Assembly: GCA_951406725.2 (NCBI GenBank)
Contig: OX597823.1
Coordinates: 51,460,001 to 51,524,000 of the forward strand
From: Octopus vulgaris
Lineage: Eukaryota
Length of the DNA stretch: 64,000 nt
Direction of reading: 5' to 3'
Shown here: positions 1-14,547 of the stretch, piece by piece
Layout of the letters: each line of letters begins with the position of its first letter
How positions within the stretch are numbered: the first letter of the stretch is position 1
Program-made: the position numbers and the translations under genes
Notes under the pieces: generated by a model
What the model saw: only the letters and a program-made list of their open reading frames with translations
The model's database searches: none
What the model was told of the DNA's origin: nothing

Positions 1-151
1 CTCAATATGAGAGGAATTGAGAGTAAAAGACCAGTCGATGGAAGACAGATCCTTTCTGATTGTTCCCCAGTCCGCTTTGTGGAAGTTTATGTTGTCAAAT
101 GGGTGCCATGGAGTGGGATTGGCTGGTTTGGTTTTTATATGTCGGGAATTA

Positions 152-194
<43 letters not shown>

Positions 195-1043
195 GTGTGT
201 ATGTGTGTGTACGTACATATCCTCAGTATACACTTTTCTACTTTCGATATACTAAACATCTGCTTTGATTGTTATTTCACTGCAATTTTTAGCAGGTTCA
301 AGGACCACGTAGATTCTCTTGCTTTCATATTCTCGTAGCTCGAGATCAACTTAAAATTATCAAACATAAAATGAAGGGTGATTCAGGAATGACCCGACCC
401 TCAGATATTGCTATACATATAATCTACACTCTCCAAGATGTAACACTTTCACTGAGATGTAGCTGCTACTTCTATAATATCGCGTAACCACGTTTAGGTG
501 CTTTCCTTTTCAATTTAGTATAAATTTTAACATACTTAACGATGGAAGTTTATAACGTTATAAACGACTGAAGAGAGATTGTTACGATGGAGCAGCTTTT
601 TTTCAACGGGGAACCATTCTGAATGAAATGCAAATTGCTCAAACTAGACTAGCCTGAAGCACAATCCTCCAGGCCATTTTCTCCCCAGGAGTTTCAGACA
701 TCAGGTCAAACCGAGTTGAAGCTATTGTTCATCTTCAACACGAAATATAACGTTGAACTTGCACTGGGACAACCGTAACAGCAATATTGAAGGTAAGTCA
801 TTATTTACATTGGTCTGTAATGAAAAATGAAAAAAATGTTGCCAACCAAATAAGCAATTACGTTCGTAATGCACGGCAGCCATTAACACTTAGTTGTCAA
901 TCAGTGGCTTTAAGCCGCACATATTTATATATATCTTCTTCAATATCGATCAATTGACCAACACATGCATACATATATGAGTGTGAGTATGTCTATGTGC
1001 ATATCTATATGTACATATATAAATATATGTATGTGTGTATGTA

Positions 1044-1420
1044 TACTCTTTTACTCTTTACTTGTTTCAGTCATTTGAATGCGGCCATGCTGGAGCACCA
1101 CCTTTCGTCGAACAAATCGACCCCAAGACTTATTCTTTGTAAGCTTATCGGTCTCTTTTGCCGAACCGCTAAGTTACAGGGACGTAAACACACCAGCATC
1201 GGTTGTCAAGAGATGGTGGGCGGACAAACACAGGCACACAAACATATACACATACATATGTATATACGACAGGATTCTTTTAATCTCCGTCTACCAAATC
1301 AACTCACATGGAATTGGTCAGCCCGAGGCTAAAGTAGAAGACACTTACCCAAGGTGCCTCGCAGTGGGACTGAACCCGAAACCATATGTTTGGGAGGCAA
1401 GCTTCTTACCACACAGCTAC
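1044..1420 (-). mobile_element. tRNA-derived SINE, family 1 (near full length)
   Basis: Minus strand has a pol III A/B-box head (GCTGTGTGGTAAG...GGGTTCAGTCCC), an internal (CA/TA)n tract and the tail CCAGCATGGCCGCA...GACTGAAACAAGTAAAGAGTAAAAGAG; many copies elsewhere in the window. Confidence 0.9.
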
Positions 1421-1686
1421 CCCAAGTTATGAAATCTCTAGAAGAGATGGAGTAGTAACTTATACTAAACAGTAAAGCGAGTAGCCACATTAAAGTGGCA
1501 GGTGAATGTTACTACTAGTTTAACCCCAGGTGGGTTTAAACTGACATGCGGATACGTGCTTACATATACACACATATCCACTCACACAATATAGCAAAGC
1601 AAGTGCAAAAGCCAATAAAGTCCAAGGTACGTACAGAGTTAATATTATTGGGTTGAGGCTCAAATAAGAAAAAGTATACAATGATT

Positions 1687-1722
1687 CTATTACGCTTCGG
1701 ACATAGTCTTTCGTCAGAAACT
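1687..1722 (-). ncRNA. degenerate hammerhead-like motif (Penelope-like remnant)
   Basis: Minus strand reads CTGACGA-aagac-tat-gtcc-GAAGC-GTA; one core substitution and weak helix I. Confidence 0.35.
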
Positions 1723-2230
1723 AAAGGAATGTCCTGAAATTGAGGAAGACGGGAAATATGATAAAAAAGATAGGAGGGCTAGGAAAAATGCTCTTGCGCT
1801 AGGTTCACATGCTCGTCATAGAGAGAAAAACATTCACACACACACATATAGAAATAAATATAGGTCAATCACACGCACATCTATATATGTATATGCTTGT
1901 ATGCATTCACGTATAGGTTATCACTATCATGTTAGAGTATATGCAAGAATGAGTACAGCTGCTTGATTGAGTCTCATACCTCATTTAGCAGTAATGTATG
2001 CAAATCTATGCATTCTGAGGATCTTGTGCGACTCCAGCTCAATCTTTTTCCAGGCGCTCAAATTCACCTTTCATTTCTTTTATTTAAAAATTTTCTAGGA
2101 ATGCATTGTGTACGCGGTGCCTTATTTATATTTGAATGTAGAATATGATTTAGAGGAATCAGTTTGTATCTGGCAGGCTTCGCGAAAGATTATGAAGAAG
2201 GTCGTACGTTGATTCCTCATTCATGTAGAA

Positions 2231-2270
<40 letters not shown>

Positions 2271-2362
2271 CATACGTGGTAGTGACCAGAATTTCTTTCG
2301 TATAGCAAATAAAAATTGGAAACTGTATCAGAAGTATCGTGTCTACATGGTCTCTTTACAAT

Positions 2363-2428
2363 AACATCATCATCATCAACAACAACAAAAACAACAACAA
2401 CAAAAACAACAACAACTACAACTACTAT

Positions 2429-2477
<49 letters not shown>

Positions 2478-2535
2478 GCCACCGCCGCTGCTGCTGCAGT
2501 TGTTGCCGATGCTGCTAATGCTGATGCTGATAGTG
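2363..2535. repeat. compound trinucleotide microsatellite (CAT/CAA/CTA/GCT)
   Basis: Direct reading; explains the poly-T and poly-V ORFs. Confidence 0.95.
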
Positions 2536-2748
2536 CATACAAAGCAAACCACACATATTTATACTTTATGATGCGATCGTTCATACACATTCACACACAC
2601 GCGCAGACACACCTGTGCTAGCGTAAACGCACACACACACACACACATATATATAACCGATGTACACATACACACACACACAAGCGCGCGCACACATGCA
2701 TACACATACACAAACAACACATATAAATATAAATGTTTATACATACAG

Positions 2749-2800
<52 letters not shown>

Positions 2801-3010
2801 GCACGTCATATATGTCTGCGTATATATATTTCTCACTAAATGCATTTATATATTTTTAAGTAATATATACACCACTTCGATATTGTAAATACAGGTCAGG
2901 AAATAAACTAAAATGAAACAGGAAGTACAAATTTTAGTATTAAAAATCTATCCCAGTTTACTGAGAAACGGTGCTAGATGCGTAAACTAGTGAAAAGCTA
3001 CATTTGAAAG

Positions 3011-3412
3011 ACTCTACTCTTTTACTTGGTTCAGTCATTTGACTGCGGCCATACTGGAGCACCACCTTTTGTCGAGGAAATCGACCCCAGGGCTTATTCT
3101 TTGTAAGCCTAGTATTTATTCTATCGGTCACTTTTGCCGAACCGCTAGGTTACGGGGACGTAAACACACATCGGTTGTCAAGCGATGTTGGGGGGGGGGG
3201 CAAACACAGACACACACACACACACACACATATGCATATACATATATATGACGGGCTTCTTTCAGTTTCCGTCTACCAAATCCACTCACAAGGATTTGGT
3301 CGGCCCGAGGCTATAGTAGAAGGCATTTGCCCAAGGTGCCACACAGTGGGACTGAACCCGGAACCATGTGGTTGGCAAGCAAGCTACTTACCACACAGCC
3401 ACTCCTGCGCCT
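3011..3412 (-). mobile_element. SINE family 1, full length
   Basis: Head AGGCGCAGGAGTGGCTGTGTGG and B box GGGTTCAGTCCC; collinear with 50157-50560. Confidence 0.92.
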
Positions 3413-3753
3413 GTTTATGTTATACTCAAACCACTTTCCTCTATTGATATTGAGTTAACAATCGACATACGGCGCTTTGACTTGAACCTATCAAACTTTA
3501 TTCTAATACTAAGATTCTTATTCTATAGAGTGTGTGTGTGTGTGTCTGTTTCTGTGTGTATTGTTATTGAATCCAGGCGCATTGTTAATATAAATATCCT
3601 TTCTACTGTAGGCACAAGGAGTTCGCTCGATAACATCGATTCCAGTACTCAACTGGTACTTATATCATCGAACCCGAAAGAATGAAAAGCAAAGTCGACC
3701 TCAACAAAATTTGAAATCAAATCTTAACGTAAAGACAAAAAAATTGTTTGCAT

Positions 3754-3811
3754 GCCGACCAATGCCTTGTGAGTGAATTTGGTAGACGGAAACTGAAAGA
3801 AGCCTGTCGTA

Positions 3812-3888
<77 letters not shown>

Positions 3889-4099
3889 TTGTGTGTCTGG
3901 GTTTGTCTCCCTAGCATTGCTTGACAACCGATGCTGGTGTGTTTACGTCCCCGTCACCTAGCGGTTCGGCAAAAGAGACCGATAGAATAAGTACTGGGCT
4001 TACAAAGAATAAGTCCCGGGGTCGATTTGCTCGACTAAAGGCGGTGCTCCAGCATGGCTGCAGTCAAATGACTGAAACAAGTAAAAGAGTAAAAGAGTA
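3754..4099 (+). mobile_element. SINE family 1, 5'-truncated
   Basis: Body, internal (TA)n and GTAAAAGA tail repeats match 50157-50560. Confidence 0.9.
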
Positions 4100-4640
4100 T
4101 GTTGGACGAAATGCTGCTGAGTGCGCATGAGAACAATTCTGTTAGTTCACCGCCATTGTTTATATAAGCATAAATCATGTAAATTATATCAGTACTAATT
4201 CATATTTTCTACAAGGTATCTTTCTTTTTCACAACAGCAGTGAAGAGGTGAATATGCGAACACTGATAAGTTTTTAAAGAAGGCAAATCTAATCGGCCGT
4301 TTCTTCTCTTTTAGCTTTCGAAGTTCTCATGTTTTGCTCACATGTTATATTTTGACAGTAAGCATAAATCTCGAATACTTATAAAACAATCTATGAGAAT
4401 TTTTTTCTCCATACTCGTTTATTCATAACCACGCTGTTTTATTACATATTTTATTAAATTTCGTCCTTTGTACCAGCAATACATTACTTACAAATAATTC
4501 AAACACTGGAATGAAATGGTTGTCTACAGGTTGTATTTTTGCTACGAGAGTAAATATATTTTTATTAAATATATTTTATATAATTTCCATATTCACATTG
4601 AAATTCGAGCAAATACATACGCACATACCTACACACACAT

Positions 4641-4684
<44 letters not shown>

Positions 4685-4689
4685 ACTCG

Positions 4690-4721
<32 letters not shown>

Positions 4722-5566
4722 ATACCCATATACAATAAATTACATTAAATTACGATGTCTAACTCTGATTTGAATCCCATATTTTCGAATGGTTTCTACT
4801 TTACGCGCAGTAACTAACATAAAAGAAATTGATCTGAAGCTATGGTGGAACACCCCTGACTAGTTGCCGTGCAGGGGTCTCGTACCCGAAATCAAACTGT
4901 TGCAGAACAAACTTCCTCGCCATACAGTTTTACTGCTTCAATTTAGAAAACATTGTATGTATGTATGGATATATGTAACTCCATCAGGAATTACAAATTT
5001 GCGAGTTATTACAATCTAACAGTGAGATCAAATTCGTTGCATATGTATCCGGCAACGTATTATATTATTCTAAGCTAGGTTTTTAAGTTATTTTGGGAAG
5101 CACTACCAATAGTTGTAAAATCTCAACAACCCATGTTTTACTTACAGAACTTAATTACTGAAGTTCCTGTAGTTATAATGGAGTAGCTGAGTTTATTTTT
5201 AGTTATTCTTACAAACAATACATTTGGCTTACATTTGCAAAGAACTAATTTATTTTATGCACCCCCTGCCTAATCATTTCGATGGAAAGAACATTTTGCT
5301 GTAGAATATATTGATTGGTATTAATTAATATTTATTTTTAGACTTTGCCTTTCATATTTTCTTGATGTTTAGTATAGAAACCATGTTACATTTAACAGCA
5401 TAAATATAAATGGGGAAAATAAAAAAATAGAGAATGGACGGTGGGTGAGGAGTTAATTTCGTTGATTCGAGCAAGCTAACGACTTAAGTGATTAATTTCC
5501 TTCTTTAATTCAATATGCAAATGTTGAAACATTTTAACTCCACATTAACATTACAGCCACCACCGA

Positions 5567-5860
5567 AGGCGGCGAGCTGGCAGAAACGTTAGCACGCCGG
5601 GCGAAATGCGTAGCCGTATTTTGTCTGCCGTTACGTTCTAAGTTCAAATTCCGCCGATGTCGACTTTGCCTTTCATCCTTTCGGGGTCGATAAATTAAGT
5701 ACCAGTTGCGTACTGGGGTCGATGTAATCGACTTAATCCTTTTGTCTGTCCTTGTTCGTCCTCTCTGTGGTTAGCCTCTTGTGGGTAGTAAAGAAATAGG
5801 TATTTCGTCTGCCGCTACGTTCTGAGTTCAAATTCCCTTGTGGGTAGTAAAGAAATAGGC
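5567..5860 (+). mobile_element. SINE family 2 with partial internal duplication
   Basis: Head GGCGGCGAGCTGGCAGAAACGTTAGC, B-box-like GTTCAAATTCC, central CGACTTTGCCTTTCATCCTTTCGGGGTCGATAAA, tail TTGTGGGTAGTAAAGAAATAGG, then a partial second unit. Confidence 0.9.
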
Positions 5861-6371
5861 ATTTCGTGCCTCTTCATATTTTGCATTCAGATTGCGTCAG
5901 GTCGACTTTGCCTTTCATCCGTTTCCGGGTTAATAAAATAAGTACCAGTTAAATACTGGAGTCGATGTATTTGTCGTACCCTCTCCCCGAAATGGCTGAC
6001 TTTGTTCCAAAATTGGAAATCAGAATTACGGCCACAGGTAATTATCACCGCTCGACTTGCAAGAAATAGCAAATAAATTTCCCTCCGATCAAAAAGCACC
6101 TCAATTTTTGATACGATAAAGACACATTAAATATTGTAGTAGTGGACAGTATGGTCATAGCTGGAATGCCTTTGTTCTGTCTACTCAATCAGATCTAATT
6201 TGGGATTAAACAACAAATAAAATCATCTATGTGGTTACACAGTTTAATAGAAATAGCTGACAAACCTCCATCAAATCACACTTTATTGTCTGTGTACATA
6301 CTGGGTAATGTAATCTCGAAAATTGCGAGAAAAAGCGGGTTGGTTCACTGCTGAAAACTTTTTGAAATCTC

Positions 6372-6963
6372 TGAAATCTCTATTTCAAGATCTTTATATT
6401 TGCTCAGTTTTTGATAGCTCTTGATAGATACACTTATGTTGATTAGGACAGTCATATCACCGAGGAGTCATTATTTTTGTCCGAAGTCTTTCAATATAAT
6501 GTCTGGCCTATTCGCATCTATCTTTCTGCCAATTTGAACGGTGAAGTTCCGGAGGAGTGAGATGTGATAATTGTCAAGTACTGGAAGTGGCTTGTGTTAC
6601 CACCAGTTTTTATGATGGACCAGGTCCAGTTTTTTTGCAAATTATCCAGTGAATATACTGTGCTGCTCTATCATACCTCTTGAGATACTCGGTAGGCGCG
6701 ATAAGACTGCAATGGAAACAACATGATCAATGGTTTCATTTTGTTGTTTACATACACGACATGTTGGGCTACTGCCGTTCTTTAATATGCTGGCCTGGTA
6801 GTGCGGTGCTATGGTAAATCCTTCTGTTTCTGATTTTAAGCCAGAAGACACTAACCAGTGATGGGTAAGGGTTTTGTCAACATCGGCATTATTAGCTCTC
6901 TTTGGATATTTGCCATTGAGAGGTTTTTCCTGCCATTTATCAGTAATAATATCTAAGACATAT
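6372..6963 (-). mobile_element. R4/Dong-like LINE fragment (zinc-knuckle and restriction-like endonuclease region), degenerate
   Basis: GLKSETEGF...PTCRVCKQQNETIDHVVS and KLSKYKDLEIEI; paralogous to 7200-7950; its 5' junction abuts (TAA)n. Confidence 0.85.
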
Positions 6964-6964
6964 C

Positions 6965-7009
<45 letters not shown>

Positions 7010-7010
<1 letters not shown>

Positions 7011-9470
7011 TACTTTTAATCTGCATGCTTGTTACAATCACTTGCCGAGACACACCCAGTATCCTAGGGTGATTGAAAGATAATAGATCTTACAGTATGA
7101 CTGAAAGCTTGGGGGGTGGGAAATGGTAGGGGAAGTAGCGAAATATCTTCATGGAATAAAACGCAGACGTTTAAACTGGTAGGGTTTTTCGAAGGATGTG
7201 GGCAGTACTTTTCAGCACAATCTTTTGAATTTCCATGAGATATGGCTCTCCTAAGATATCATCTAGATGTTTCTGACATCCATTTCTTATACCTAGGTCA
7301 TCCGCAATAACAGGAACAGCTCTCGCTTTAAGATACCACATCTTTTGTATTTCAATATCCGAGTCCTTATATTTACTTCATTTGTCAAATTCTTTTACGG
7401 ATATATTTTCATCAGTAGGAACATTTACATCTATTAGTCTATAAGTATTTTCTTTTCTGTCTTTAATGACTATATCTGGTCAATTGTTATGGATCGTTCT
7501 GTCGATGTTGGCTGAAAAATCCCAGAGGATAGTGGCATTTTTACCTTCTACGACTAACTCAGGATTATCTTCATACTAGTAAGCATGAGTGCTGATTTTG
7601 TAGCATTTACATATTTTCCAATGTAAATACTGTCCTACCTTATTGTGGCGATTTTGTATTCGTTTGTTGTCAGCGTAGGACATCCCGAGACGTGATGGTC
7701 TATTGTTTCATCAATTTATCGCAGAATCTACATTTAGGATCAGAACCATTTTGAAGAACGTTAGCCTGATAGTTTTTGGCAAGAAAACTTTGATCTTGTG
7801 CCGCTAATATGAAACCTTCAGTCTCTGCTTTTAGTCCTGAGCTTCTCCACCGCTGATGGGCTATTGCTTGGTCTACATCAGCATTTCGGCTTCGAAGTAT
7901 ATACTGTCCATCCACAGGTTTCTGGCTCCACCGATCCTCAATTTGTGGCTCCACCGATCCGTTCTTTTTGCAGTCTGTTTGATCCGTTTTGCTTGTTTGG
8001 TGATGGTGGTTTCAGGTTCTTCATCTAATTCAAGGTTAATGCTTTCTTTTCAATAGAATGTGATTTTTGCTGCTTCGTGCAACCAGTCCTCTTTGCTAGA
8101 TAAGTACTTGTTCATTGTTATTTTGGGAGTCTTTTAGCACAGTTTTACCTGCATCATTCCTCTTACCTCATTACTTCTAGGGAGGCATGTTCTTAGATGT
8201 TTGTAGTTTTCTTGACTTCCTGTCCAGGCGTTGGAGCTCTGTAGGATTCCAGTTGATGTGAAAACTGTATTGGACTACTGGAAGTGCCAGAGTGTTAATG
8301 GCTTCGATGCGAATTATGGAGTTGAGTTCAGTTTTCGTATGCATTTTGATTTCCTGTAATACTCCTTTCTTTTTTTTTCGTTTACGGTAGTATTGTATTC
8401 CATCTCCGTTTATTCCCACTATTTATAGCTTTCTTGTGGGTCAAGCTCCTAGATGGTAGTGTCGGTATTTAATTTAATGGAAGCTGTTTATTTGAGCTTG
8501 TCTCTTACAAGACTTGCTTTAGCACACTTATCAAACCCAAAATCCATCCCGAAGGCATTGCTGAACTCTTTAACAGTTGTAAACAGCCCTACTAGCTCTT
8601 CGTCATTTCTAGCAAACAGCTTCAGATTGTCCATATAAAACAGATGGTTTAGTATAATATTATACACTTTGAACCTATACCTAAAGTTACTCAGTTTGTT
8701 TGAGAGTGGGATCTGTGCCACGCAAAAGAGTAATGGGGAGATGGAGCCACTTTGAAAGATGGCTCGTTTGATGTTGATGTTGTTAGATTGGCTATTCACA
8801 TTACTATGGTGTAGAAGGTGACGTGTATTCTGTTTGGCCATGCTACCTTCTAAGAATTTAGAGTCGGCAGGAGAGATCTTATATATCTCAAGGACCTTGA
8901 GTAGCCAGTTATGTGGGAGACTATCAAACGCTTCCCTGTAGTCTATCCATGTCATACTCAGGTCCTTCTTTTTGATCCAGCAGTTTTCTACAATCATTTT
9001 ATTTAAAAGTAATTGTTCTTTGCATCCACAAGAATTCCTTTTACAACCTCTTTGAGCTTGTGGAAGGATAGAGTTCTGTTCAAGGAAATTGTATATTCTT
9101 TCAGTTACTATCGATGTAAGGATCTTGTAGGTGGTGTTGATAGATGTTATTGGTCGGTAGTCCTTTGGATTTTTCGTGTCTTCAGTTTTTAGTAGAAGGT
9201 ATGTTGTTCCTTCGTTTAGCCAGCCAAATATTTGCTCTGGGATCATGATAATATCAGTTAGGGATGCAGCAAAATGTTGGTGTACTTCTGTCAAACAGTT
9301 CAGCCAGAAGTTAAGGATCCGGTCCAGTCCTGGGGTTGTCCATTTGTGAAATTTTCTAAGAACACATCTTAGCTCTTCTACTCATATTGTCTTCCATTTC
9401 TGCTCTTCAATTTCATCCTGTTTTACTTTCTCACGTTCTATTCAGTGAGCTTATAATTTTTATCATTAAA
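7010..9470 (-). mobile_element. R4/Dong-like non-LTR retrotransposon, 5'-truncated and frameshifted
   Basis: RT motifs YRPITS, QRGC, WIDYREAFDSLPH, FQSGSISPLLF, NHLFYMDNLKLF (8488-9294); CCHC region KCRFC; C-terminus ...EIQKIVLKSTAHILRK; 3' UTR ends in (TAA)n; flanked by (TAA)n on both sides. Confidence 0.92.
8488..9294 (-). pseudogene. reverse transcriptase domain remnant of the Dong-like LINE
   Basis: 268-aa ORF with RT subdomains; catalytic YxDD reads YMDN. Confidence 0.9.
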
Positions 9471-9471
9471 T

Positions 9472-9474
<3 letters not shown>

Positions 9475-9524
<50 letters not shown>

Positions 9525-9541
9525 TACCATCATCGTCGTCG

Positions 9542-9611
<70 letters not shown>

Positions 9612-9679
9612 CATTATCATCATCATCATCATCATCCTTATTTGTAGTAGTAGTAGCAGCAACAGCAGCAGCAGCAGTG

Positions 9680-9735
<56 letters not shown>
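9475..9735. repeat. (TTA)n/(CAT)n/(GTA)n compound microsatellite
   Basis: Direct reading. Confidence 0.95.
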
Positions 9736-10566
9736 TTTTATTACTAATTCGTGGCGAGATGGTTTGGGTCAGCTCACAAAGAACGAGCGCTGCAGGCAAG
9801 CGGATATGGCGGTAGTATCTGTGCCGCCGCTGAAGAATGTAGTGATCTGTTAGAATAAATAAATACTGGTGCTACCATTAAGGTAGCATTAGTTGTTTGC
9901 TGCTGTTGCTGTTGCTGTTGCTATTTGTGTCTGCAATTACTGTACTGTAGTTGTTGTTGTAGTTGTTGCTACCATTGTTGTTGTTGGTGGTGTTGCTGAA
10001 TACGCGGCTGCTGTTTTTGTCGTTGTTGTTGTTGTTGTTGTTCTTACTAATGCTGCTTTAGTGCTATAACATTTTACTACATCAGTCTTCAGCTGCAGCC
10101 ACTGGTAACTGCTGCATGACTTATTAGTATTCTCATCAGTAATGAATCACTAACACCTTACCAGTTTCACCATCTTCGCCGGCTTATAGTCTTCAACCCC
10201 CAAACCCAGAGTTTTTCCTCTAGCTCCCTCATTCCTACCCCTCACCCTCGTCTGTCCGTCCGCCCGTCCGTCCGTTCGTCAATCCATTCGTATTTCTCTG
10301 TTTCTCACACCCTTTCTCACAGAGTGTGAGCATGCATACATACATGCATACATATAAATATATGCACACTTATATATACAAGCACATATATATACACATA
10401 TACATATACATACACACACACATATATATATATATATATATGTAAACATCTATATATACATAAAAATACATGTGTCCATATATGTATATACATATCTATC
10501 CATTTTCTCATTGTCTTTGTGTGCATATATACACTTATATACATATATATAAACTATACATCCATA

Positions 10567-10604
<38 letters not shown>

Positions 10605-11598
10605 GGATGTATATGTGTGTGTATATATATGTGTGTGTATGTATGTATATATATATCTGTATGTATGTATATATCTGTATACATATATATATGTATATAT
10701 ATATGTATATATGTGTGTATCTATATATATATGTATGCATATCTATATATGTGTATATAGATATATATACCTATATATATCTACTTATGTGTATATATAT
10801 GTATGTATATATATTTACATACACACGCCCTCATATGTGTTCCACTTTCCGTTCAGTTTTTCTCTTTCGTTATTTTTCTCGCTTTACACTTTTAGTTCTT
10901 TTTTTTTTAGTTGCACTCTACATACCACCAACACAGCTATCTGTAAAATCGCCACCACCATACCACCACACACAACAACAACAACAACAATAACAACAAC
11001 AATAACAACAACAACTCCAACAACACCGCCAATGACATCAATAACAACGTTCACTTTGCTCCCCCACCACCACCACCACCACCACATCACCACCACTTCT
11101 ACCACCAAAAACAATATCAACATCACCACCATCATCAGCATTATCCAGCTGCATCATTGCCGTTTCCGCCACTGCATCCTATAGTACCAATATATTCACT
11201 GCCAATAGTAATGCTAACACACCAGCACCAACAAAACCAACCACGATTGTCTAGCAGCGTCGTTGCCATCATCAACCTCCAAACCTGAACGTCACTAACC
11301 CTTTTTCACCAACACCATCACTATCATTATGCTGACATTCACCAGCAGAACCGCCATTTTCAACATCGCCACTATCACCACTACCATTACTAACACCGCT
11401 ACTGCACTCATCATCATCATCATCATCATCATTATCATCATCATTATCATCATCATCATCATCATCTCTATCTTTCGAATTTGAATCATCTTGTTACCTT
11501 CAACTCACAACATATCCCCTTCCTGCTACTGCGTTTCTCCCCGTCTCTCTCCTTTTCTCTATCTGTGTGTGTTTGTGCTTGTATATATATATATATAA

Positions 11599-11695
<97 letters not shown>

Positions 11696-11701
11696 TGTAT
11701 G

Positions 11702-11749
<48 letters not shown>

Positions 11750-12269
11750 ACTCACTTTGTTAAACGTTACATTTCTCGCTCAATGATTTCCTTTGCGCTT
11801 TCTTTCATCTATCTCTTTCTATCTACACCATCGCCGTCTCACTTACATGAACATTGAAATTGCTCATACATTCCTTTAAGCATCTATCTACCTTTTTATG
11901 TTAAATATGAATAAATTCATCTCTTTCTCTCTCTTCTCTGTTTGTCTGCCTCTCTTTCTCTCTCTCATTCTCTCTCTCTGCGTACTTACATATACACGTA
12001 CATGCAATTACTAGTGTCTCCATCGCATCGGTAAAATGTAACCATGCATCTGCATATGTATTTACAGACTTAGAGAAGAATTTTTGAAGATGCAGTTGCC
12101 CACACATGTAAAGATTTCCTCTCCTTTAAGCTAGTAATGTTTCACTAAGGAAAAGACGATTGATTTCGGCCAATGAAGAGCTGGTCAAGTGTGTAGGTAC
12201 TATTGAAGCACCAGGAGCCGTATCAGACAAAAAAAAGAAGGCATCACGCCTAACCATCTTATAGTGCCA

Positions 12270-12586
12270 TCTGTTGTTCTGTTCTGTTTGTTCCTTCTCG
12301 AGCTATGCCCGGCTCATAAGGGCCGGTTTCTCTGTTTCATTGGCTTAAACGTTCTCCACCTGGACGGGACGCCGGTCACTCGCTGGTGAGCTGCTAGATG
12401 CAGGAGGAAAGATTCAGAGAAAGTTGTGGCGAAAGACTCAGCAGAAGTTCGCCATTACCTTCTGCCGAAGCCGCGTGGAGCTTAGGTGTTTCGCTCATAA
12501 ACTCACGCATCGTCCGGTCTGAGATTCGAACCAACGATCCTTCAAATGCAATCCGCTGCTCTAACCACTAATCCATGTGTCTCCAC
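12270..12586 (-). mobile_element. tRNA-derived SINE, family 4a
   Basis: Minus head TGGAGACACATGGATTAGTGGTTAGAGC...GGTTCGAATCTC; body shared with 49390-49575; (AGAAC)n tail. Confidence 0.85.
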
Positions 12587-12904
12587 TCATAGTACCTTCA
12601 GTCCTTGGTTATTATGTTGGTTTAAAATTATGGCACAAGGCCAGCAATGTACGATGAGGAGGTAGGGTGGTTGCATCGACCTCCGTACTCAACTGCTACT
12701 TATGTTCTTGATCCTGAAAAGCTGAATTTGAACTTAAACGTAAAGATGGATAACATGCTAATGGTTCTACCAGCTTGCTGCTTTATCAGTGGTACTTATA
12801 TTGAGACCTGAAAGAATAAAAAGCGAAGTTCACTTTGAGTCTATTTGAACTGAGTACGCTGACAATCGGAACAAACACCACGCGTCATTCAATCCAAACT
12901 TTTG

Positions 12905-13213
12905 CGTAGCACCTTTGGCAAGTATCTTCTCATATTGCCTGAGAAAGCATTGAACAACCACTACTTTTGAGAGAACTTGGTAGGCGGAAATTCTATCTAT
13001 ATATATGCACATGTATGTATATGTGAGTGTTTTTCTGATAGTCCTACGTCCACCGCTTTGATAAACAATGTTTGTTTACGTTCTCTTAACATAGACGTTT
13101 GGCAAAAGAAATCCATAGAATATATACTTGACATAAAGAAACAAGTTCTGTGGTTGATTTATTCGACTCACCCTCTGAAGATGGTGCCTCAACGTGACCG
13201 TAGACTAATGAGT
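12905..13213 (+). mobile_element. SINE family 1, old degenerate copy
   Basis: Recognisable GCACCTTTGGCAAGT and tail GGTGCCTCAACGTGACCGTAG...GAAACAAGTAAA. Confidence 0.7.
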
Positions 13214-13593
13214 GAAACAAGTAAACGATAAAAGTCAGAAGAGGTAAATATACACTATCTGAAACGTAGAGTATAACATTTTGAGACTCGTATAGATTTA
13301 GCCACGCTATGAAAACTACATAAAAGAGAATAACAAAAATGTTTAACTACAGGTAGAGAAAACGATCAACTTGACTACTTTCTACTCTTTAAAGAATTTC
13401 ATATAAAAATGAAAGTCTAGCTTCTACGCACAGTAAAAAAAAATTTATCTTATAATTATCATAGAATTTTCCACAAAGTTAATTAATCAAGCTAATTCAT
13501 TTAACCATTCATATGCTGAAATGCGGAATAATTTATGAATATTGCACCACGCAAGGTTTCAAAATTATTTTGGATACACATACGATTTAGTCA

Positions 13594-13665
<72 letters not shown>

Positions 13666-13714
13666 ATATATATATATATGTATATATGTATATATATATG
13701 TATATATATGTATA

Positions 13715-13766
<52 letters not shown>

Positions 13767-14511
13767 CATATACATATATATATGTATATATATATATTTT
13801 TACACACACACACATATATATATATACATATATATATGCAGGTATATATGTACGCGTATGTAAGTGCATATAAATCGTTCATGATTCACCTGAAGCGATA
13901 AGTTAGGCAACTCAATACAAGTGTATTATTCCTTAATACATTCTAACTGAAAGGCTCCGAGTTCCAGTACACAGAGTTACTCATTCCCGGTGATCAGGTG
14001 GGTAATCCGAGCCGATTTTTCTTTTCAAAATTTTTACTGTTTGAATATAATTGGAAATATGAAAAGAAAATTTGAAAAAAACACTTATCTTTCTATTCTT
14101 TTATTGCAAGCGATACGTACAAAATTGGCTATTTCAACTTATGTATTTGATTTCATTTCTGATTCTTGTGAACGTACGCTAAAGATCATATAAATAGATA
14201 AATAAACAGACAGTCAGATACGTACACAAACAGGTAGACAGGTAGACAGGTACACAGAAAGAAAGATAGATATGAATATTTAATATATATATACATGCAC
14301 ACACACACACACACACACAAACACACACATATATACATATATTTGTACGTACGTACGTACGTATGTATGTATGTATGTATGTATGTTTGTATGTATGTAT
14401 GTATGTATGTGTGTATGTATGTATGTATGTATGTGTATATGTATGTATGTATGTATGTATGTATGCATGTATGCATGCATGTATGTATGTTTGTATGTAT
14501 GTATGTATGTA

Positions 14512-14544
<33 letters not shown>

Positions 14545-14547
<3 letters not shown>

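Noticed and set aside
689-792. Exon-like segment between CCCCAG and GTAAGT
   Set aside because: Stops in all three frames; a non-coding exon cannot be supported from sequence alone
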